From the NCBI RefSeq assembly GCF_029945685.1, contig NZ_JAQSDA010000020.1, positions 238,044 through 302,043 of the forward strand: 64,000 nt of DNA, in the 5' to 3' direction. The notes beneath the pieces are model-generated. The model searched no databases, was not told the origin of the DNA, and worked only from the letters and a program-made list of their open reading frames with translations. The position numbers were made by a program, and so were the translations under genes. Shown one piece after another: positions 1 to 12,592 of this stretch; the stretch's first letter is position 1, and every line of letters begins with the position of its first letter. Origin of the DNA: Polaromonas sp. (GTDB lineage: Bacteria > Pseudomonadota > Gammaproteobacteria > Burkholderiales > Burkholderiaceae_C).

Positions 1-1842
<1,842 letters not shown>

Positions 1843-1850
<8 letters not shown>

Positions 1851-3057
1851 TCTTGTGTTTCTCCATCAATGCCGTGAAACGGTCGAACAAATACGAAATG
1901 TCGTGCGGGCCGGGCGAGGCTTCCGGGTGCCCCTGGAAGCAGAACGCCGGCTTGTCGGTGCGGGCCAGGCCTTGCAGGGTGCCGTCGAACAGGCTGATGT
2001 GGGTCGGGCGCAGGTTCGCCGGCAGGGTTTTTTCGTCCACCGCAAAACCGTGGTTCTGGCTGGTGATGCTGACGCGGCCGTTGTCGAGGTCTTTCACCGG
2101 ATGGTTGGCGCCGTGGTGACCGAACTTCATCTTGAAGGTTTTCGCGCCGCTGGCCAGCGCCATGATCTGGTGGCCCAGGCAGATGCCGAAGGTCGGGATG
2201 CCGGTGTCGATCAGCTCGCGCACCGCCGCTATCGCGTAGTCGCAAGGCTCCGGATCGCCCGGTCCGTTGGCCAGGAAGATGCCATCGGGCTTGAGCTTGA
2301 GCACGTCGGCGGCGGGCGTCTGCGCCGGCACCACCGTGATGCGCGCGCCGCGTTCGGCCATCATGCGCAGGATGTTTTTCTTCACGCCGAAATCGAAGGC
2401 GACGACATGGAATTTCGGCGTGATCTGCACGCCGTAACCCGAGCCCAGCTTCCACTCGGTCTGGGTCCATTCGTAGGACTGCTTGCAGGAGACCACCTTG
2501 GCCAGGTCGAGCCCGGCCATATCGGGTGCGCTGCGGGCCACGAGAACCGCTTGTTCAATATGTTCAGGCGACACCTCGTCGCCCGCAGGCAAGGCCAGGA
2601 TGCAGCCGTTTTGTGCGCCCTGCGTGCGCAGCATGCGTGTCAGCTGGCGCGTGTCGATGTTGGCAATCGCCACCGTGCCCTCCCTGACCAGGTACTCGGA
2701 CAGGGTCATGGTGCTGCGGAAATTCGACGCGATCAGCGGCAGGTCCTTGATGATCAGCCCGGCGGCATGGACTTTTTCTGCCTCCACGTCTTCGGCATTG
2801 ATGCCGTAGTTGCCGATATGGGGGTACGTGAGGGTGACGATCTGCTGGCAGTAGCTGGGATCCGTGAGGATTTCCTGGTAGCCGGTCATGGCGGTGTTGA
2901 ACACCACCTCACCGACCGTGGAGCCCACGGCTCCAATGGAATTGCCGATAAAGACCGTGCCGTCTGCGAGCGCCAGAATGGCGTGAGGGGTATTTCCCTG
3001 TAGAGACAAAAGCACTGGGTTCTCCGGGTTGGTTACGGTTCGCCCAAGCGTGCACAA
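1843..3057 (-). CDS. carA: Carbamoyl-phosphate synthase small (glutaminase) subunit
   Basis: 404-aa ORF with [32 protein letters not shown] and GICLGHQ motifs. The likely true start is GTG at 3015, preceded by GGAGA at 3021-3025. The track start at 3057 is a TTG. Confidence 0.93.
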
Positions 3058-3160
3058 GAAACGTCTCTGTCAAGACTCTTGCGGGCTGCTTTTGTGAGGG
3101 TGTTGGCTTGGTATGCGCTCGGGCGAAGCTGTGTTTTGAAAAGCCACTGATTATATAACG

Positions 3161-3257
3161 CCCCCACGGTCGCTCGCTTTGCGTAGCTCCCTGCCCCCCG
3201 ATGGGGCCGCTGCGCCTGCGGCCTGGCGAAGCCAGTTCCGCGGCCCCAACTGGTGAA
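3161..3257 (-). repeat. REP1 GC-rich intergenic repeat, copy A (inverted relative to B-D)
   Basis: The reverse complement aligns to 15421-15539: ..GGGGCCGCGGAAC.GGC..GGCCGCAGGCGCAGCGGCCCC.TCGGGGGGCAG.GAGCTACGC.AAGCGAGCGA.CGTGGGGG. Confidence 0.8.
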
Positions 3258-3299
3258 GAAAGTGCCTCCAGCACCTCGCGTCACAGCACAGAAAGCTGG

Positions 3300-4085
3300 C
3301 TAGCTGCGGGAAATGGAGCTGGCGTACAGGCAAATGGCCGCGGCAGCAGCCACATTGAGCGACTCCTCGCCGCCCGGCTGGTCGATGCGCACCTTCAGGC
3401 TGGCCCGGGCCATCAGGTCGTCGCCGACACCCTGCCCTTCGTGTCCCATGGCCCAGGCGCAGGGCATGGGCAGGGTTTGCTGGTGCAGGAAAGCGCCGTG
3501 GTGCGAACTGGTCACCAGGATGGGAACGCTCAAGCCGTCCAGCGCCTGCGGCTCCACCCCTTCGAGCAGCTGAAGCCCGAAATGGGCGCCCATGCCTGCG
3601 CGCAGCACCTTGGGCGACCACAGCGCCGCCGTGCCCTTGAGCGCAATCACCTGGCTGAATCCGAAGGCCGCGGCGCTGCGCAGCATGGAGCCAACGTTGC
3701 CGGCGTCCTGCACCCGGTCGAGAATCAGCGTTGCCGCCCCTGGCGACAGGGCCGTTGGCGCCGGCAGATCAATCACGAACCCCATGCGGGCCGGCGACTC
3801 CAGGCCACTGATCTCGGGCAGCAGGGCATCCGCAATCACTATGGTTTTGATAGCTGCTCGCGCCCATTCGGCGTGGGCCAGAGGCCAAAATGACTCTGCA
3901 AACACGGCCATCGCCGGTGTCAGCCCGCGCAGCAGCGCGGCGCGGCACAGGTGGTCGCCCTCCAGCCAGACCCGTCCCTGCTTGCGGTAGGCCGTGCTGT
4001 CCTGCGAGAGCCTGCGCAGCTCCTTGACCAGGGGGTTGTCGCGCGAGGTGACAAACACCGGCGCCACCGGCGCAGGCGTGCTCAA
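3300..4085 (-). CDS. TrmH/SpoU-family RNA 2'-O-methyltransferase
   Basis: C-terminal SpoU motifs are present ([40 protein letters not shown]). The 445-aa track ORF overlaps rnhB. The plausible start is TTG at 4085, overlapping the rnhB TGA. Confidence 0.8.
   Translation of the reverse strand: MSTPAPVAPVFVTSRDNPLVKELRRLSQDSTAYRKQGRVWLEGDHLCRAALLRGLTPAMAVFAESFWPLAHAEWARAAIKTIVIADALLPEISGLESPARMGFVIDLPAPTALSPGAATLILDRVQDAGNVGSMLRSAAAFGFSQVIALKGTAALWSPKVLRAGMGAHFGLQLLEGVEPQALDGLSVPILVTSSHHGAFLHQQTLPMPCAWAMGHEGQGVGDDLMARASLKVRIDQPGGEESLNVAAAAAICLYASSISRS
3838..3854 (+). repeat. 17-bp RCTMY-N7-ATAGC motif copy
   Basis: ACTATGGTTTTGATAGC, inside the TrmH-family gene (encodes AIKTIV on the minus strand). 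Confidence 0.6.
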
Positions 4086-4699
4086 CGCAGGACCTCGGCC
4101 ACCGGACTGAACGACCGGCGGTGTTGCGGGCAGGCGCCGTGCGCGCGCAGGGCCGCCAGATGTTCGGCCGTGCCGTAGCCCTTGTGGCCGGCAAAACCGT
4201 ATTGCGGGTATTCGAGGTGGAACTGCTCGCACCAGCGGTCCCGGTGCACCTTGGCCAGGATGGACGCGGCAGAGATGGCCGGTACCAGCGCGTCGCCCTT
4301 GACGATGGCTTCGGCCAGCATGCTGAGCACCGGCAGGCGGTTGCCATCGACCTGCACTTTCACGGGTTTCAGGCGCAAACCCTCGACCGCGCGTTTCATC
4401 GCCAGCATGGTGGCCTGCAGGATGTTGAGGCGGTCGATTTCCTCGACGCTGGCCTGGGCAATCGAGCAGCACAGGGCCTTGGCGAGGATTTCCTCGTAGA
4501 GCTGTTCCCGGCGCCGCGCCGTCAGCACCTTGGAGTCCGCCAGGCCCTTGATGGGCTGCAGATCGTCCAGAATCACCGCGGCGGCCACCACCGGGCCGGC
4601 CAGCGGCCCGCGGCCGGCCTCGTCCACACCGGCCCACAGTCCGGGCGTGTCCCAGGACAGGGTGACCTGTTCAGCCTTCAAGAATGTTCTGGATCGCAT
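4082..4699 (-). CDS. rnhB: Ribonuclease HII
   Basis: 205 aa. [19 protein letters not shown] and DSK motifs typical of RNase HII. Conserved lpxB-rnhB position. Confidence 0.93.
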   Translation of the reverse strand: MRSRTFLKAEQVTLSWDTPGLWAGVDEAGRGPLAGPVVAAAVILDDLQPIKGLADSKVLTARRREQLYEEILAKALCCSIAQASVEEIDRLNILQATMLAMKRAVEGLRLKPVKVQVDGNRLPVLSMLAEAIVKGDALVPAISAASILAKVHRDRWCEQFHLEYPQYGFAGHKGYGTAEHLAALRAHGACPQHRRSFSPVAEVLR

Positions 4700-5870
4700 C
4701 GGTGGCCAGTTGGGCGGTGTCGCGCTGCAGTTCGTGGTGCAGCTGCGTGAATCGTTGTTCGACGGCAGCTATTTTTTCGGGTGCGGAGATTTTCGCATCT
4801 ATCCATTGCAGCACCGCAGCGGCCAGCGCCTGCGGCGTGGCGGCATCCTGCAGCAGCTCGGGCACGACAAAATCGCGGCACAGGATGTTGGGCAGGCCCA
4901 CCCAGGGCTGCAGCTTCTTGCGGCGCATGATCTGCCAGGACAGCCAGTTCATGTTGTACGCAATCACCATGGGGCGCTTGAACAGCGCCGCCTCCAGCGT
5001 TGCGGTGCCGCTGGCAATCAGCGTGACATCGCAGGCCGCCAGCACCGTGTGCGACTGCCCGGTGACGATCTGCACCTGTGACCCCACACCTGCTTCCCGC
5101 GCCGCCTGTTCGATCTGCTGGCGCAAGGCGGGCACCGCCGGAACTATTATTTTGATAGCAGGTTGCGCACGCTGGACAAGGGCTGCAGCCCGAAAGAACC
5201 TGTCGGCCAGGTACTGGATCTCGGAGCGTCGGCTGCCGGGCAACACGGCCAGCACCCGATCACCCGCTGCCAGGCCCAGCGCTTGCCGGGCCGCCGCCTT
5301 GTCGGGCTGCATCGGGATCATGCCCGCCAGCGGGTGGCCCACATAGGTAGCGGCAATGCCATGCTGCGCCAGCAGGGCCGGCTCAAAGGGAAAGATGCAC
5401 AGCACGTGGTCGACGCTGCGGCGGATTTTTTCGACCCGGTCTGCGCGCCAGGCCCAGACCGAGGGACTGATGAAATGAACGGTGCGTATGCCGGCGGCCT
5501 TGAGGTCGGCCTCCAGGTCGAGGTTGAAGTCGGGTGCATCGACGCCGATGAACACATCGGGCCGCAACTGCAGCAGCCGCTGCCGGAGCTGCCGGCGGAT
5601 GCCGACAATTTCGCGGTAGTGCCGCAGCACCTCGACATAACCGCGCACCGCCAGCTTTTCGCTGGGCCACCAGGCGGAGAAGCCGCGGCCGGTCATCTGC
5701 GGCCCGCCTATGCCCACCGCCGTCAGCCCCGGCCAGCGTGCGCGACAACCGTCAAGCAGCAAACCGGCCAGCAGGTCACCGGAGGTTTCGCCGGCGACCA
5801 TGGCGAACGCAGGGTCCTTGGAGGTGCCGGCCACTCCACGGGCCGGCAGAGAGCTGGGTGCGTCCGGCAC
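4671..5870 (-). CDS. lpxB: Lipid-A-disaccharide synthase
   Basis: 399 aa. [14 protein letters not shown]-terminus. Lies in the lpxD-fabZ-lpxA-lpxB cluster. Confidence 0.93.
   Translation of the reverse strand: MPDAPSSLPARGVAGTSKDPAFAMVAGETSGDLLAGLLLDGCRARWPGLTAVGIGGPQMTGRGFSAWWPSEKLAVRGYVEVLRHYREIVGIRRQLRQRLLQLRPDVFIGVDAPDFNLDLEADLKAAGIRTVHFISPSVWAWRADRVEKIRRSVDHVLCIFPFEPALLAQHGIAATYVGHPLAGMIPMQPDKAAARQALGLAAGDRVLAVLPGSRRSEIQYLADRFFRAAALVQRAQPAIKIIVPAVPALRQQIEQAAREAGVGSQVQIVTGQSHTVLAACDVTLIASGTATLEAALFKRPMVIAYNMNWLSWQIMRRKKLQPWVGLPNILCRDFVVPELLQDAATPQALAAAVLQWIDAKISAPEKIAAVEQRFTQLHHELQRDTAQLATDAIQNILEG
5143..5159 (+). repeat. 17-bp RCTMY-N7-ATAGC motif copy
   Basis: ACTATTATTTTGATAGC, inside lpxB (encodes AIKIIV). 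Confidence 0.6.
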
Positions 5871-5877
5871 GAGAGGC

Positions 5878-6672
5878 CTAACGCACGATGCCGCGCTGCG
5901 GCGAAGTGGCTTCCAGAAACCCGAGCATCATCTGCACATCGGCTTCGGCTTCGGGATGCCGGGCCGTGAGCGCGGCGATGCGCGCCCTGGCCTGCTCCAG
6001 CGTCAGGTCCTCCCGGTACAGGGCCTTGTGCATGCCCTTGACGGCCGCGATGCGCTCTGGCGTGTAGCCGCGCCGGCGCAGGCCCTCATAGTTCATCGAA
6101 CGCGCCCCGGCAGGCTGGCCCTGGCACATCACGAACGGCGGCAGATCGGCAAACAGCAGCGAACACATGGCGGTCATGCTGTGGGCACCCAGCCGGACGA
6201 ACTGGTGCACGACGGTGAAGCCGCCCAGGATCACCCAGTCGCCGACATGCACATGACCGGCAAGCTGCGAGTTGTTGGCAAAAATCGTGTGGTTGCCGAC
6301 ATCGCAGTCGTGCGCCAGATGCACATAAGCCATGATCCAGTTGTCGTTGCCGACCCGCGTCACCCCGGTGTCGCCGGGCGAGCCGATGTTGAAGGTGCAG
6401 AACTCGCGGATGGTGTTGCGGTCGCCGATGACCAGTTCGCAGGGCTCCCCCGCATACTTCTTGTCCTGTGGAATGGCACCCAGCGAGTTGAACTGGAAAA
6501 TGCGGTTGTCGCACCCTATCGTCGTGTGGCCTTCGATGACGCAATGCGCGCCAATCGTCGTGCCGGCTGCAACCTTGACGTGCGGGCCGATCACGGTGTA
6601 CGGCCCCACGCTGACGCTGCTGTCGAGCTGGGCCTGGGGATCAACCAGCGCTGTGGGATGTATAGCCATCAT
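5878..6672 (-). CDS. lpxA: Acyl-ACP--UDP-N-acetylglucosamine O-acyltransferase
   Basis: 264 aa. [13 protein letters not shown] plus hexapeptide repeats. Cluster context. Confidence 0.94.
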   Translation of the reverse strand: MMAIHPTALVDPQAQLDSSVSVGPYTVIGPHVKVAAGTTIGAHCVIEGHTTIGCDNRIFQFNSLGAIPQDKKYAGEPCELVIGDRNTIREFCTFNIGSPGDTGVTRVGNDNWIMAYVHLAHDCDVGNHTIFANNSQLAGHVHVGDWVILGGFTVVHQFVRLGAHSMTAMCSLLFADLPPFVMCQGQPAGARSMNYEGLRRRGYTPERIAAVKGMHKALYREDLTLEQARARIAALTARHPEAEADVQMMLGFLEATSPQRGIVR

Positions 6673-6758
6673 GAAAAAATGTACTGTTCAGCGAATAAGT
6701 CGGCCAGCTGCCGCGTCGGCAAGCGCCCCTTCAAGCCTGAGCCTCGGGACATATCTCC

Positions 6759-6852
6759 TGCAAGCAGGGGCCGCGGGTCCGGCTTCGCCGGCCCGCAGGC
6801 GCAGCGGCCCCCTCAGGGGGCAGCACATTACGCGAAGCGAAAAGCGTGGGGG
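6759..6852 (+). repeat. REP1 GC-rich intergenic repeat, copy B
   Basis: GCAAGCAGGGGCCGCGGGTCCGGCTTCGCCGGCCCGCAGGCGCAGCGGCCCCCTCAGGGGGCAG..CGCGAAGCGAAAAGCGTGGGGG. It ends 0 nt from the fabZ stop codon (6853). Confidence 0.8.
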
Positions 6853-7293
6853 TCATGCAATGCTGCGCATGGTGCACATCAGCTCGGCCTCGCAGACCAT
6901 GTTGTCATCGACCCGGGCCACACCCTTGAACTTGAACACGCCGGCCTTGAGCCGCTCCAGCGTGACGTCCATGATCAGCTGGTCGCCGGGCTCCACCGGC
7001 CGCTTGAAACGCGCGCCGTCGATACCGGCAAAGTAATACACGGTCTTGTCATCGGGTGTCACACCCTGCATGTCGAACGCCAGCAGGGCTGCGGCCTGCG
7101 CCATGGCTTCGAGCATCAGCACACCCGGCATCACCGGCCGGTGCGGAAAGTGCCCGGTAAAAAACGGCTCGTTGATCGTGATGTTCTTCAGCGCCTTGAT
7201 GCGCTTGCCTTTTTCGAGTTCCAGCACACGGTCCACCAGCAGGAAGGGGAAGCGGTGCGGGAGCTGCTTGAGAATTTGGTGAATGTCCATCAT
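6853..7293 (-). CDS. fabZ: 3-hydroxyacyl-ACP dehydratase
   Basis: 146 aa. [30 protein letters not shown] motifs. Confidence 0.95.
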   Translation of the reverse strand: MMDIHQILKQLPHRFPFLLVDRVLELEKGKRIKALKNITINEPFFTGHFPHRPVMPGVLMLEAMAQAAALLAFDMQGVTPDDKTVYYFAGIDGARFKRPVEPGDQLIMDVTLERLKAGVFKFKGVARVDDNMVCEAELMCTMRSIA

Positions 7294-8375
7294 GATTTTT
7301 CTTCGGTCTTTCCAGAGGCTTTGTCAGTCGTTTGCTCGAGCGCCTTGAGGCGTTCACGCAAGGCGTGAAGCTGCTTGAGTGTGGCTGCATTTTTTTCCCA
7401 CTGCGCATTGTCGTCGATGGGAAACAGGCCGGTGTAATGCCCCGGCTTGTGAATCGAGCGGGTCACCACCGAAGCGGCGGAAACATGCACATGGTCGGCC
7501 AGGCTCAAATGTCCCAGTACCACCGCACCGCCGCCAATGGTGCAATGGGCACCAATGGTGGCACTGCCCGCCACCCCGGCACAACCGGCCATGGCCGTGT
7601 GCGCGCCCACACGCACGTTGTGGCCGATCTGCACCAGGTTGTCCAGCTTGACGCCGTCTTCAAGAACGGTGTCCTGCAACGCACCCCGGTCGATGCAGGT
7701 GTTGGCGCCGATCTCGACGTCATTGCCGATGCGCACCGCGCCCAGCTGTTCGATTTTTTCCCAACGCCCGGCATGTGGCGCAAAGCCGAAACCGTCGGCG
7801 CCGATCACGGCACCCGGGTGAACGATGCATCGCTCACCAAGGGAGCAGCCGTCGGCAACGGTCACCCGGGCCGACAGGCGCGTCCCGGTGCCGATCCGGA
7901 CGCCGTTGCCAATGACGCTGTGCGCGCCAATCTCGACACCGGTATCCAGCACCACCTGGGCACCGATGCAGGCAAAGGCACCCACCACCACACCGGGCGC
8001 CAGGCGTGCCTGGGGGTCGATGAAGGCGCTGGGGTGAATGGGGGGCCCGCTGGTCGTCCCGGAAGAGCCCGACCGCGCGTGCTCGCGCTTCCAGAGCTGG
8101 GTAACGCGGGCAAAATAGAAATACGGGTCATCAACGATGATGCAGGCGCCGCGCTGCATGGCCACCTCGGCCACGCCAGGCCCCACCACCACACAGGCGG
8201 CGGCAGAGCGGGCGAGTTTGCCCTGGTATTTGGGGTGACTGAGAAAAGTCAGCTCGGCCGCGCTGGCCGATTCGAGCGTGGCGAGCCGCTCGACCAGGAC
8301 ATCCGGGTCTCCTACCAGCCGGGCGTCGAATTCGCCCGCCAGCGCCGCAACAATGTCCCCGAGTCTGAGCGTCAC
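7290..8375 (-). CDS. lpxD: UDP-3-O-acylglucosamine N-acyltransferase
   Basis: 361 aa. N-terminal LpxD domain plus long hexapeptide-repeat region. ATGA overlap with fabZ. Confidence 0.93.
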   Translation of the reverse strand: MTLRLGDIVAALAGEFDARLVGDPDVLVERLATLESASAAELTFLSHPKYQGKLARSAAACVVVGPGVAEVAMQRGACIIVDDPYFYFARVTQLWKREHARSGSSGTTSGPPIHPSAFIDPQARLAPGVVVGAFACIGAQVVLDTGVEIGAHSVIGNGVRIGTGTRLSARVTVADGCSLGERCIVHPGAVIGADGFGFAPHAGRWEKIEQLGAVRIGNDVEIGANTCIDRGALQDTVLEDGVKLDNLVQIGHNVRVGAHTAMAGCAGVAGSATIGAHCTIGGGAVVLGHLSLADHVHVSAASVVTRSIHKPGHYTGLFPIDDNAQWEKNAATLKQLHALRERLKALEQTTDKASGKTEEKS

Positions 8376-8400
8376 ACCTGGCGTGTCCCTGAATGCGGGC

Positions 8401-8907
8401 TTATCTGGCGGCGTTGAGCGCCTTGATCACCTTGTCGGTGATGTCATGCTTGGGGTTGGCGTAAACCGCTTCCTGCAGGATGAGGTCGTACTTCTCGGCC
8501 TCGGCAACGGTCTTGACGACCTTGTTGGCGCGCTCGATGACCTGCTGCAACTCTTCGTTTTTGCGCGCGTTGAGGTCTTCCTGGAATTCGCGGCGCTTGC
8601 GCTGGAAATCCCGGTCCTGTTCCACCAGTTGTTTCTGGCGGGTCACGCGCTGGCTCTCCGCCAGGGTTGGTGCCTCGCGGTCGAACTTGTCGGCCATGGC
8701 CTTGAGCTGGGTCCCGACGTCGGTGAGCTCCTTCTCACGCTTGCCGAATTCCTGCTCCAGCTTGGCCTGGGCCGCCTTGGCGCTGTTGGCTTCGCGAAAG
8801 ATGCGGTCGATGTTGACGATGCCGATCTTGAAGTCCTGCGCGGCTGCCGCAAACGCGGCCAGCGCCATCACGGCAGCGAGGAAGAACTTGAGTGAAAAGG
8901 ATTTCAT
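8401..8907 (-). CDS. skp: OmpH/Skp-family periplasmic chaperone
   Basis: 168 aa. Signal peptide followed by a Lys/Glu/Gln-rich coiled region. Conserved bamA-skp-lpxD position. Confidence 0.88.
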   Translation of the reverse strand: MKSFSLKFFLAAVMALAAFAAAAQDFKIGIVNIDRIFREANSAKAAQAKLEQEFGKREKELTDVGTQLKAMADKFDREAPTLAESQRVTRQKQLVEQDRDFQRKRREFQEDLNARKNEELQQVIERANKVVKTVAEAEKYDLILQEAVYANPKHDITDKVIKALNAAR

Positions 8908-11213
8908 TAGAAGGATGTACCAATCTGGAATTGCAGTCGCTGGATTTTATCCGTCGGCTTCTTGTTCAAAGGATGGGCAAACGCCAGCCGCAGGGGTCCG
9001 AGCGGCGAGATCCAGCTCACACCGAAACCCACCGACGAGCGCATCTCGCTGAGTGAATATTTCTCGTTCTCGCCAAACACATTGCCCGCGTCGACGAAAC
9101 CAAACATCCGCAGGGTCCTGTCGTTGCCTGCGCCGGGAAACGGCGCCAGGATTTCGGCGTTCAGCGTGATCTTTTTCGGCCCGCCGATGGAGTTGCCCTG
9201 GCTGTCACGGGGACCCAGGGTACCCGGCTCATAGCCGCGCACAGAACCCAGGCCGCCGGAATAGAAGTTCTTGAACACCGGGAAAGGTTGTCCGTTCAGG
9301 CCCTTGCCCCAGCCCAGCTCGGTGTTGAGCGCGATGGTGAACTGCTTGTTCAGCGGGATGTACTGCTGGAACTGGTAGTTGCTGCGCAGGAAACGGGCAT
9401 CCCCTGCAACACCCCAGTCGCCGTAAACGCGCTGAAAACGCCCCTTGGTCGGGACGATCGCGCTGTCGCGTTCGTCACGCGACCAGCCGATGGTCAGGGG
9501 GATGGAATTGCTTTTGGCACCAAAGGTATTGATGTAAGTCTGATAGACCGGCGGAAGGTTGGTGCCGGAAATATCGATCTGCTCGAGTCCCCCACCGAAA
9601 TACACCGTATCGACCTCGCTGAAGGGCACACCGAAACGAATGCTGGCGCCCGTGGTCTTGAGCTCATAGTCGGTGTTCAACACGCCGATCTGGCTGCTGT
9701 AGGGCCGCGAAGTGCGGGTGTACACGTCGATGGTCCGCGAAATGCCGTCGTTCGTGAAATAGGGGTCCACGGTGCTCAGCACCAGCTGCCGGTTGTACTT
9801 GCCGGTGTTGACCTCCAGGCCCAGGTAGTTGCCGGTGCCAAAGGCGTTTTCCTGCTTGAAACCGAACACCAGCGACAGGCGGTCGGCGCTGGAAAAGCCG
9901 GCGCCGAGCTGCAGGTTGCCCGTGGGTTTTTCCGCCACCGAGAGGTTCAGGTCCACCTGGTCGGGCGTGCCCGGGACTTCCTGCGTGTCGATGTTGACTT
10001 CGGTGAAAAACCCGAGACGGTCCACGCGATCACGCGACAGGCGGATCTTGTCACCGTCATACCAGGAGGCCTCGAACTGGCGGAACTCCCGGCGAATGAC
10101 TTCATCGCGCGAACGGTTGTTGCCGCTGATATTGATGCGCCGCACATAAGCGCGGCGCGAGGGCTCGCCCTGCAACACAAAAGCCACGCGGTTGTTGGTC
10201 CGGTCGATCTCCGGCTGGGCGTCCACCTTGGCAAAGGCAAAGCCGAAACTGCCGTAATACTCGACGAAGGCCTTGACGGTCTGGGCCACCTGGTCGGCGT
10301 TATAGGGCTCGCCCGGCTTGATGGTGACCAGCGACTTGAACTCGTCCTCGCGTTCGAGGAAATTGCCTTCGAGCTTGACACCGGACACGGTGAAACGTTC
10401 ACCCTCGGAGATGTTGATGGTGACCGAAATATCCTGCTTGTTCGGGGAGATGGCGACCTGCGTGGAGTCGACCTTGAACTCCAGGTAACCGCGCGTCAGG
10501 TAGTAGGAACGCAGGGTTTCAATGTCGGCATTGAGCTTGGCGCGCGAGTAACGGTCCGACTTGGTGTACCAGCTGAGCCATCCGCCGGTGTCCAGGTCAA
10601 ACAGGCCGCGCAAGGTGGACTCGCTGAACACCTTGTTGCCGACAATGCGGATTTCCTTGATCTTGGCGACATCGCCTTCGGTCACGCTGAAGGTCACGTT
10701 GACCCGGTTGCGCTCGATCGGGGTCACGGTGGTCACCACCTCGGCGCCGTACAGGCTGCGGTTGATGTACTGACGCTTGAGCTCCTGCTCGGCCCGGTCG
10801 GCCAGCGCCTTGTCGAAGGGCCGGCCATCGGTCAGCCCGATTTCCCGCAGCGCCTTCTTGAGCACGTCCTTGTCAAACTCCTTGGCCCCGACGAAGTCCA
10901 CGTCGGCAACTGTTGGACGCTCCTCGACAATCACGACCAGCACATCTCCGCTGACTTCAAGCCGCACATCCTTGAACAGGCCCAGCCCGAACAGCGCGCG
11001 GATTGCACCGGCGCCCTTGTCGTCGTTGTAGGTCTCGCCGACACGGAAAGGCAGCGACGCAAAAATGGTCCCGGGCTCGACGCGCTGCAGGCCTTCGACG
11101 CGGATATCGCGAACGGTGAAGGGATCGACGGCCCAGGCTGCATGCGCGATGAGAAAGCTGGCCACCACCGCGGAAACGCTGCGGACCTTGAATCGTTTGA
11201 TTTGTTTTTGCAT
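8907..11213 (-). CDS. bamA: Outer membrane protein assembly factor BamA
   Basis: POTRA repeats and a C-terminal beta-barrel ending ..RLQFQIGTSF. I start it at the ATG at 11213 (MQKQIKRF.. signal peptide ..AHAAWA) rather than the track start at 11264, which overlaps rseP. Confidence 0.93.
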   Translation of the reverse strand: MQKQIKRFKVRSVSAVVASFLIAHAAWAVDPFTVRDIRVEGLQRVEPGTIFASLPFRVGETYNDDKGAGAIRALFGLGLFKDVRLEVSGDVLVVIVEERPTVADVDFVGAKEFDKDVLKKALREIGLTDGRPFDKALADRAEQELKRQYINRSLYGAEVVTTVTPIERNRVNVTFSVTEGDVAKIKEIRIVGNKVFSESTLRGLFDLDTGGWLSWYTKSDRYSRAKLNADIETLRSYYLTRGYLEFKVDSTQVAISPNKQDISVTINISEGERFTVSGVKLEGNFLEREDEFKSLVTIKPGEPYNADQVAQTVKAFVEYYGSFGFAFAKVDAQPEIDRTNNRVAFVLQGEPSRRAYVRRINISGNNRSRDEVIRREFRQFEASWYDGDKIRLSRDRVDRLGFFTEVNIDTQEVPGTPDQVDLNLSVAEKPTGNLQLGAGFSSADRLSLVFGFKQENAFGTGNYLGLEVNTGKYNRQLVLSTVDPYFTNDGISRTIDVYTRTSRPYSSQIGVLNTDYELKTTGASIRFGVPFSEVDTVYFGGGLEQIDISGTNLPPVYQTYINTFGAKSNSIPLTIGWSRDERDSAIVPTKGRFQRVYGDWGVAGDARFLRSNYQFQQYIPLNKQFTIALNTELGWGKGLNGQPFPVFKNFYSGGLGSVRGYEPGTLGPRDSQGNSIGGPKKITLNAEILAPFPGAGNDRTLRMFGFVDAGNVFGENEKYSLSEMRSSVGFGVSWISPLGPLRLAFAHPLNKKPTDKIQRLQFQIGTSF

Positions 11214-11226
11214 GAAAAAATTGGTG

Positions 11227-12579
11227 TTAGCCCAAAAGCCGGGAGACATCGTTAAACAGGGCAACTGACATCATGCCCAGCAGGATTGCAACGCCTCCGC
11301 GCTGCAACCGGTCCATCCACGCGTCAGACACGCTTTTGCCGGTAATCGCCTCCCAAAGATAATACATCAGGTGCCCCCCGTCCAAAACCGGCAGCGGCAG
11401 TAAATTGAGCACGCCCAGACTCACGCTGATCAGCGCCAGAAACAGCAGATAGGCCGTCCAGCCAATGCTCGCCGACTTGCCGGCATAGTCGGCAATCGTC
11501 AGCGGGCCGCTGAGGTTTTTCAGGGAGGCCTCGCCGATGACCATCTTGCCCATCATTTTCAGCGTCAACGCCGAGACCTGCCAGGTACGGACCGCACCCT
11601 GCCACAGGCCTTCAAGCGGGCCGTACCGCACCGTGACCATGGCGGGCGGTGCGCCGACATAGGCGCCGATGCGGGCGATCGACCGGCCGGCCTCCTGCCT
11701 GATCTCCGGCGTGACCGGCACCTCCATCGCCCGCCCTGCCCGCTCGATGCCCCAGGTCTGGGTGCCGCTGGACGCCCGGATGGTTTCACGCAGTTGCGGA
11801 CCGTCGACGATGGCCAGGCTGCCGATGCGCAGCACCAGGTCGCCGCTGCGAAGGCCCGATTTCTCGGCAGCGCCGCCGGCCATCAGTTCACCGATCACCG
11901 GCTGGGTCCAGGGCCCGATGAGGCCGATCCTGCGAAACAACTGGGCATCGGCGTCGGCAGCCTGGAGCTGGCCCAGCGGCAACACCAGTTCTCGCGTCGC
12001 GGCGGTAGCCGCGTCGGGCCCGCCTATCGCCAGCCGCACGTCACGGCCATTGAGCGCGCCCTGGGTCAGGAGCCAGCGCAGGTCCTCGAAAGAACGCATG
12101 TTCTGCAAGGACTCCCCGTCCAAAGCCGCCTGCTGCACCCGCTCGCCGCCGCGCAGGCCGGCACGCTCGGCGATGGACCCCGCGACGGGACTGGCCAGGA
12201 TGGCCTCCGGTTCCTGCAGGCCGCTCCAGTTGACCACGGCGTACAGCACGATGGCCAGCAGCAGATTGGCCGCCGGCCCGGCCGCCACCACCGCGGCACG
12301 CGAGCGCAGAGGCTGGGTGTTGAAGGCCAGATGGCGCTCTGCCCGGTCGACCGGCCCTTCCCGCTCGTCCAGCATCTTGACGTAGCCGCCCAGCGGCAGC
12401 ATGCCAATGGAAAATTCCGTGGGACTGTTCTTGAGCCGCCAGGTGTAGATCGGCTTGCCAAACCCGACGGAGAACTTCAGGACCTTGATGCCGCAGGCCA
12501 CGGCCACGCGGTAGTGCCCGTACTCGTGGACGGCGATCAGGATCCCCAGGGCAACAACAAAGGCGACCAAGGTCAGCAT
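11227..12579 (-). CDS. rseP: RIP zinc metalloprotease RseP
   Basis: 450 aa. HEYGHY zinc motif near the N-terminus, PDZ region, LNLLPLPVLDGGH motif. Confidence 0.93.
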   Translation of the reverse strand: MLTLVAFVVALGILIAVHEYGHYRVAVACGIKVLKFSVGFGKPIYTWRLKNSPTEFSIGMLPLGGYVKMLDEREGPVDRAERHLAFNTQPLRSRAAVVAAGPAANLLLAIVLYAVVNWSGLQEPEAILASPVAGSIAERAGLRGGERVQQAALDGESLQNMRSFEDLRWLLTQGALNGRDVRLAIGGPDAATAATRELVLPLGQLQAADADAQLFRRIGLIGPWTQPVIGELMAGGAAEKSGLRSGDLVLRIGSLAIVDGPQLRETIRASSGTQTWGIERAGRAMEVPVTPEIRQEAGRSIARIGAYVGAPPAMVTVRYGPLEGLWQGAVRTWQVSALTLKMMGKMVIGEASLKNLSGPLTIADYAGKSASIGWTAYLLFLALISVSLGVLNLLPLPVLDGGHLMYYLWEAITGKSVSDAWMDRLQRGGVAILLGMMSVALFNDVSRLLG

Positions 12580-12592
12580 GGAAAAACTCCTG

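Noticed and set aside
3300-4637. 445-aa version of the TrmH-family methyltransferase. Similar N-terminal over-extensions occur for iscA (to 36302), korA (to 49932), the MCP (to 53515), the hydrolase (to 31108), CBS (to 46968), the epimerase (to 54148), EamA (to 63259) and pccA (to 56544).
   Set aside because: The extensions overlap the upstream gene in another frame, are low-complexity, and bypass internal starts that have SD sequences, or stop-start overlaps, at the point where homology begins.
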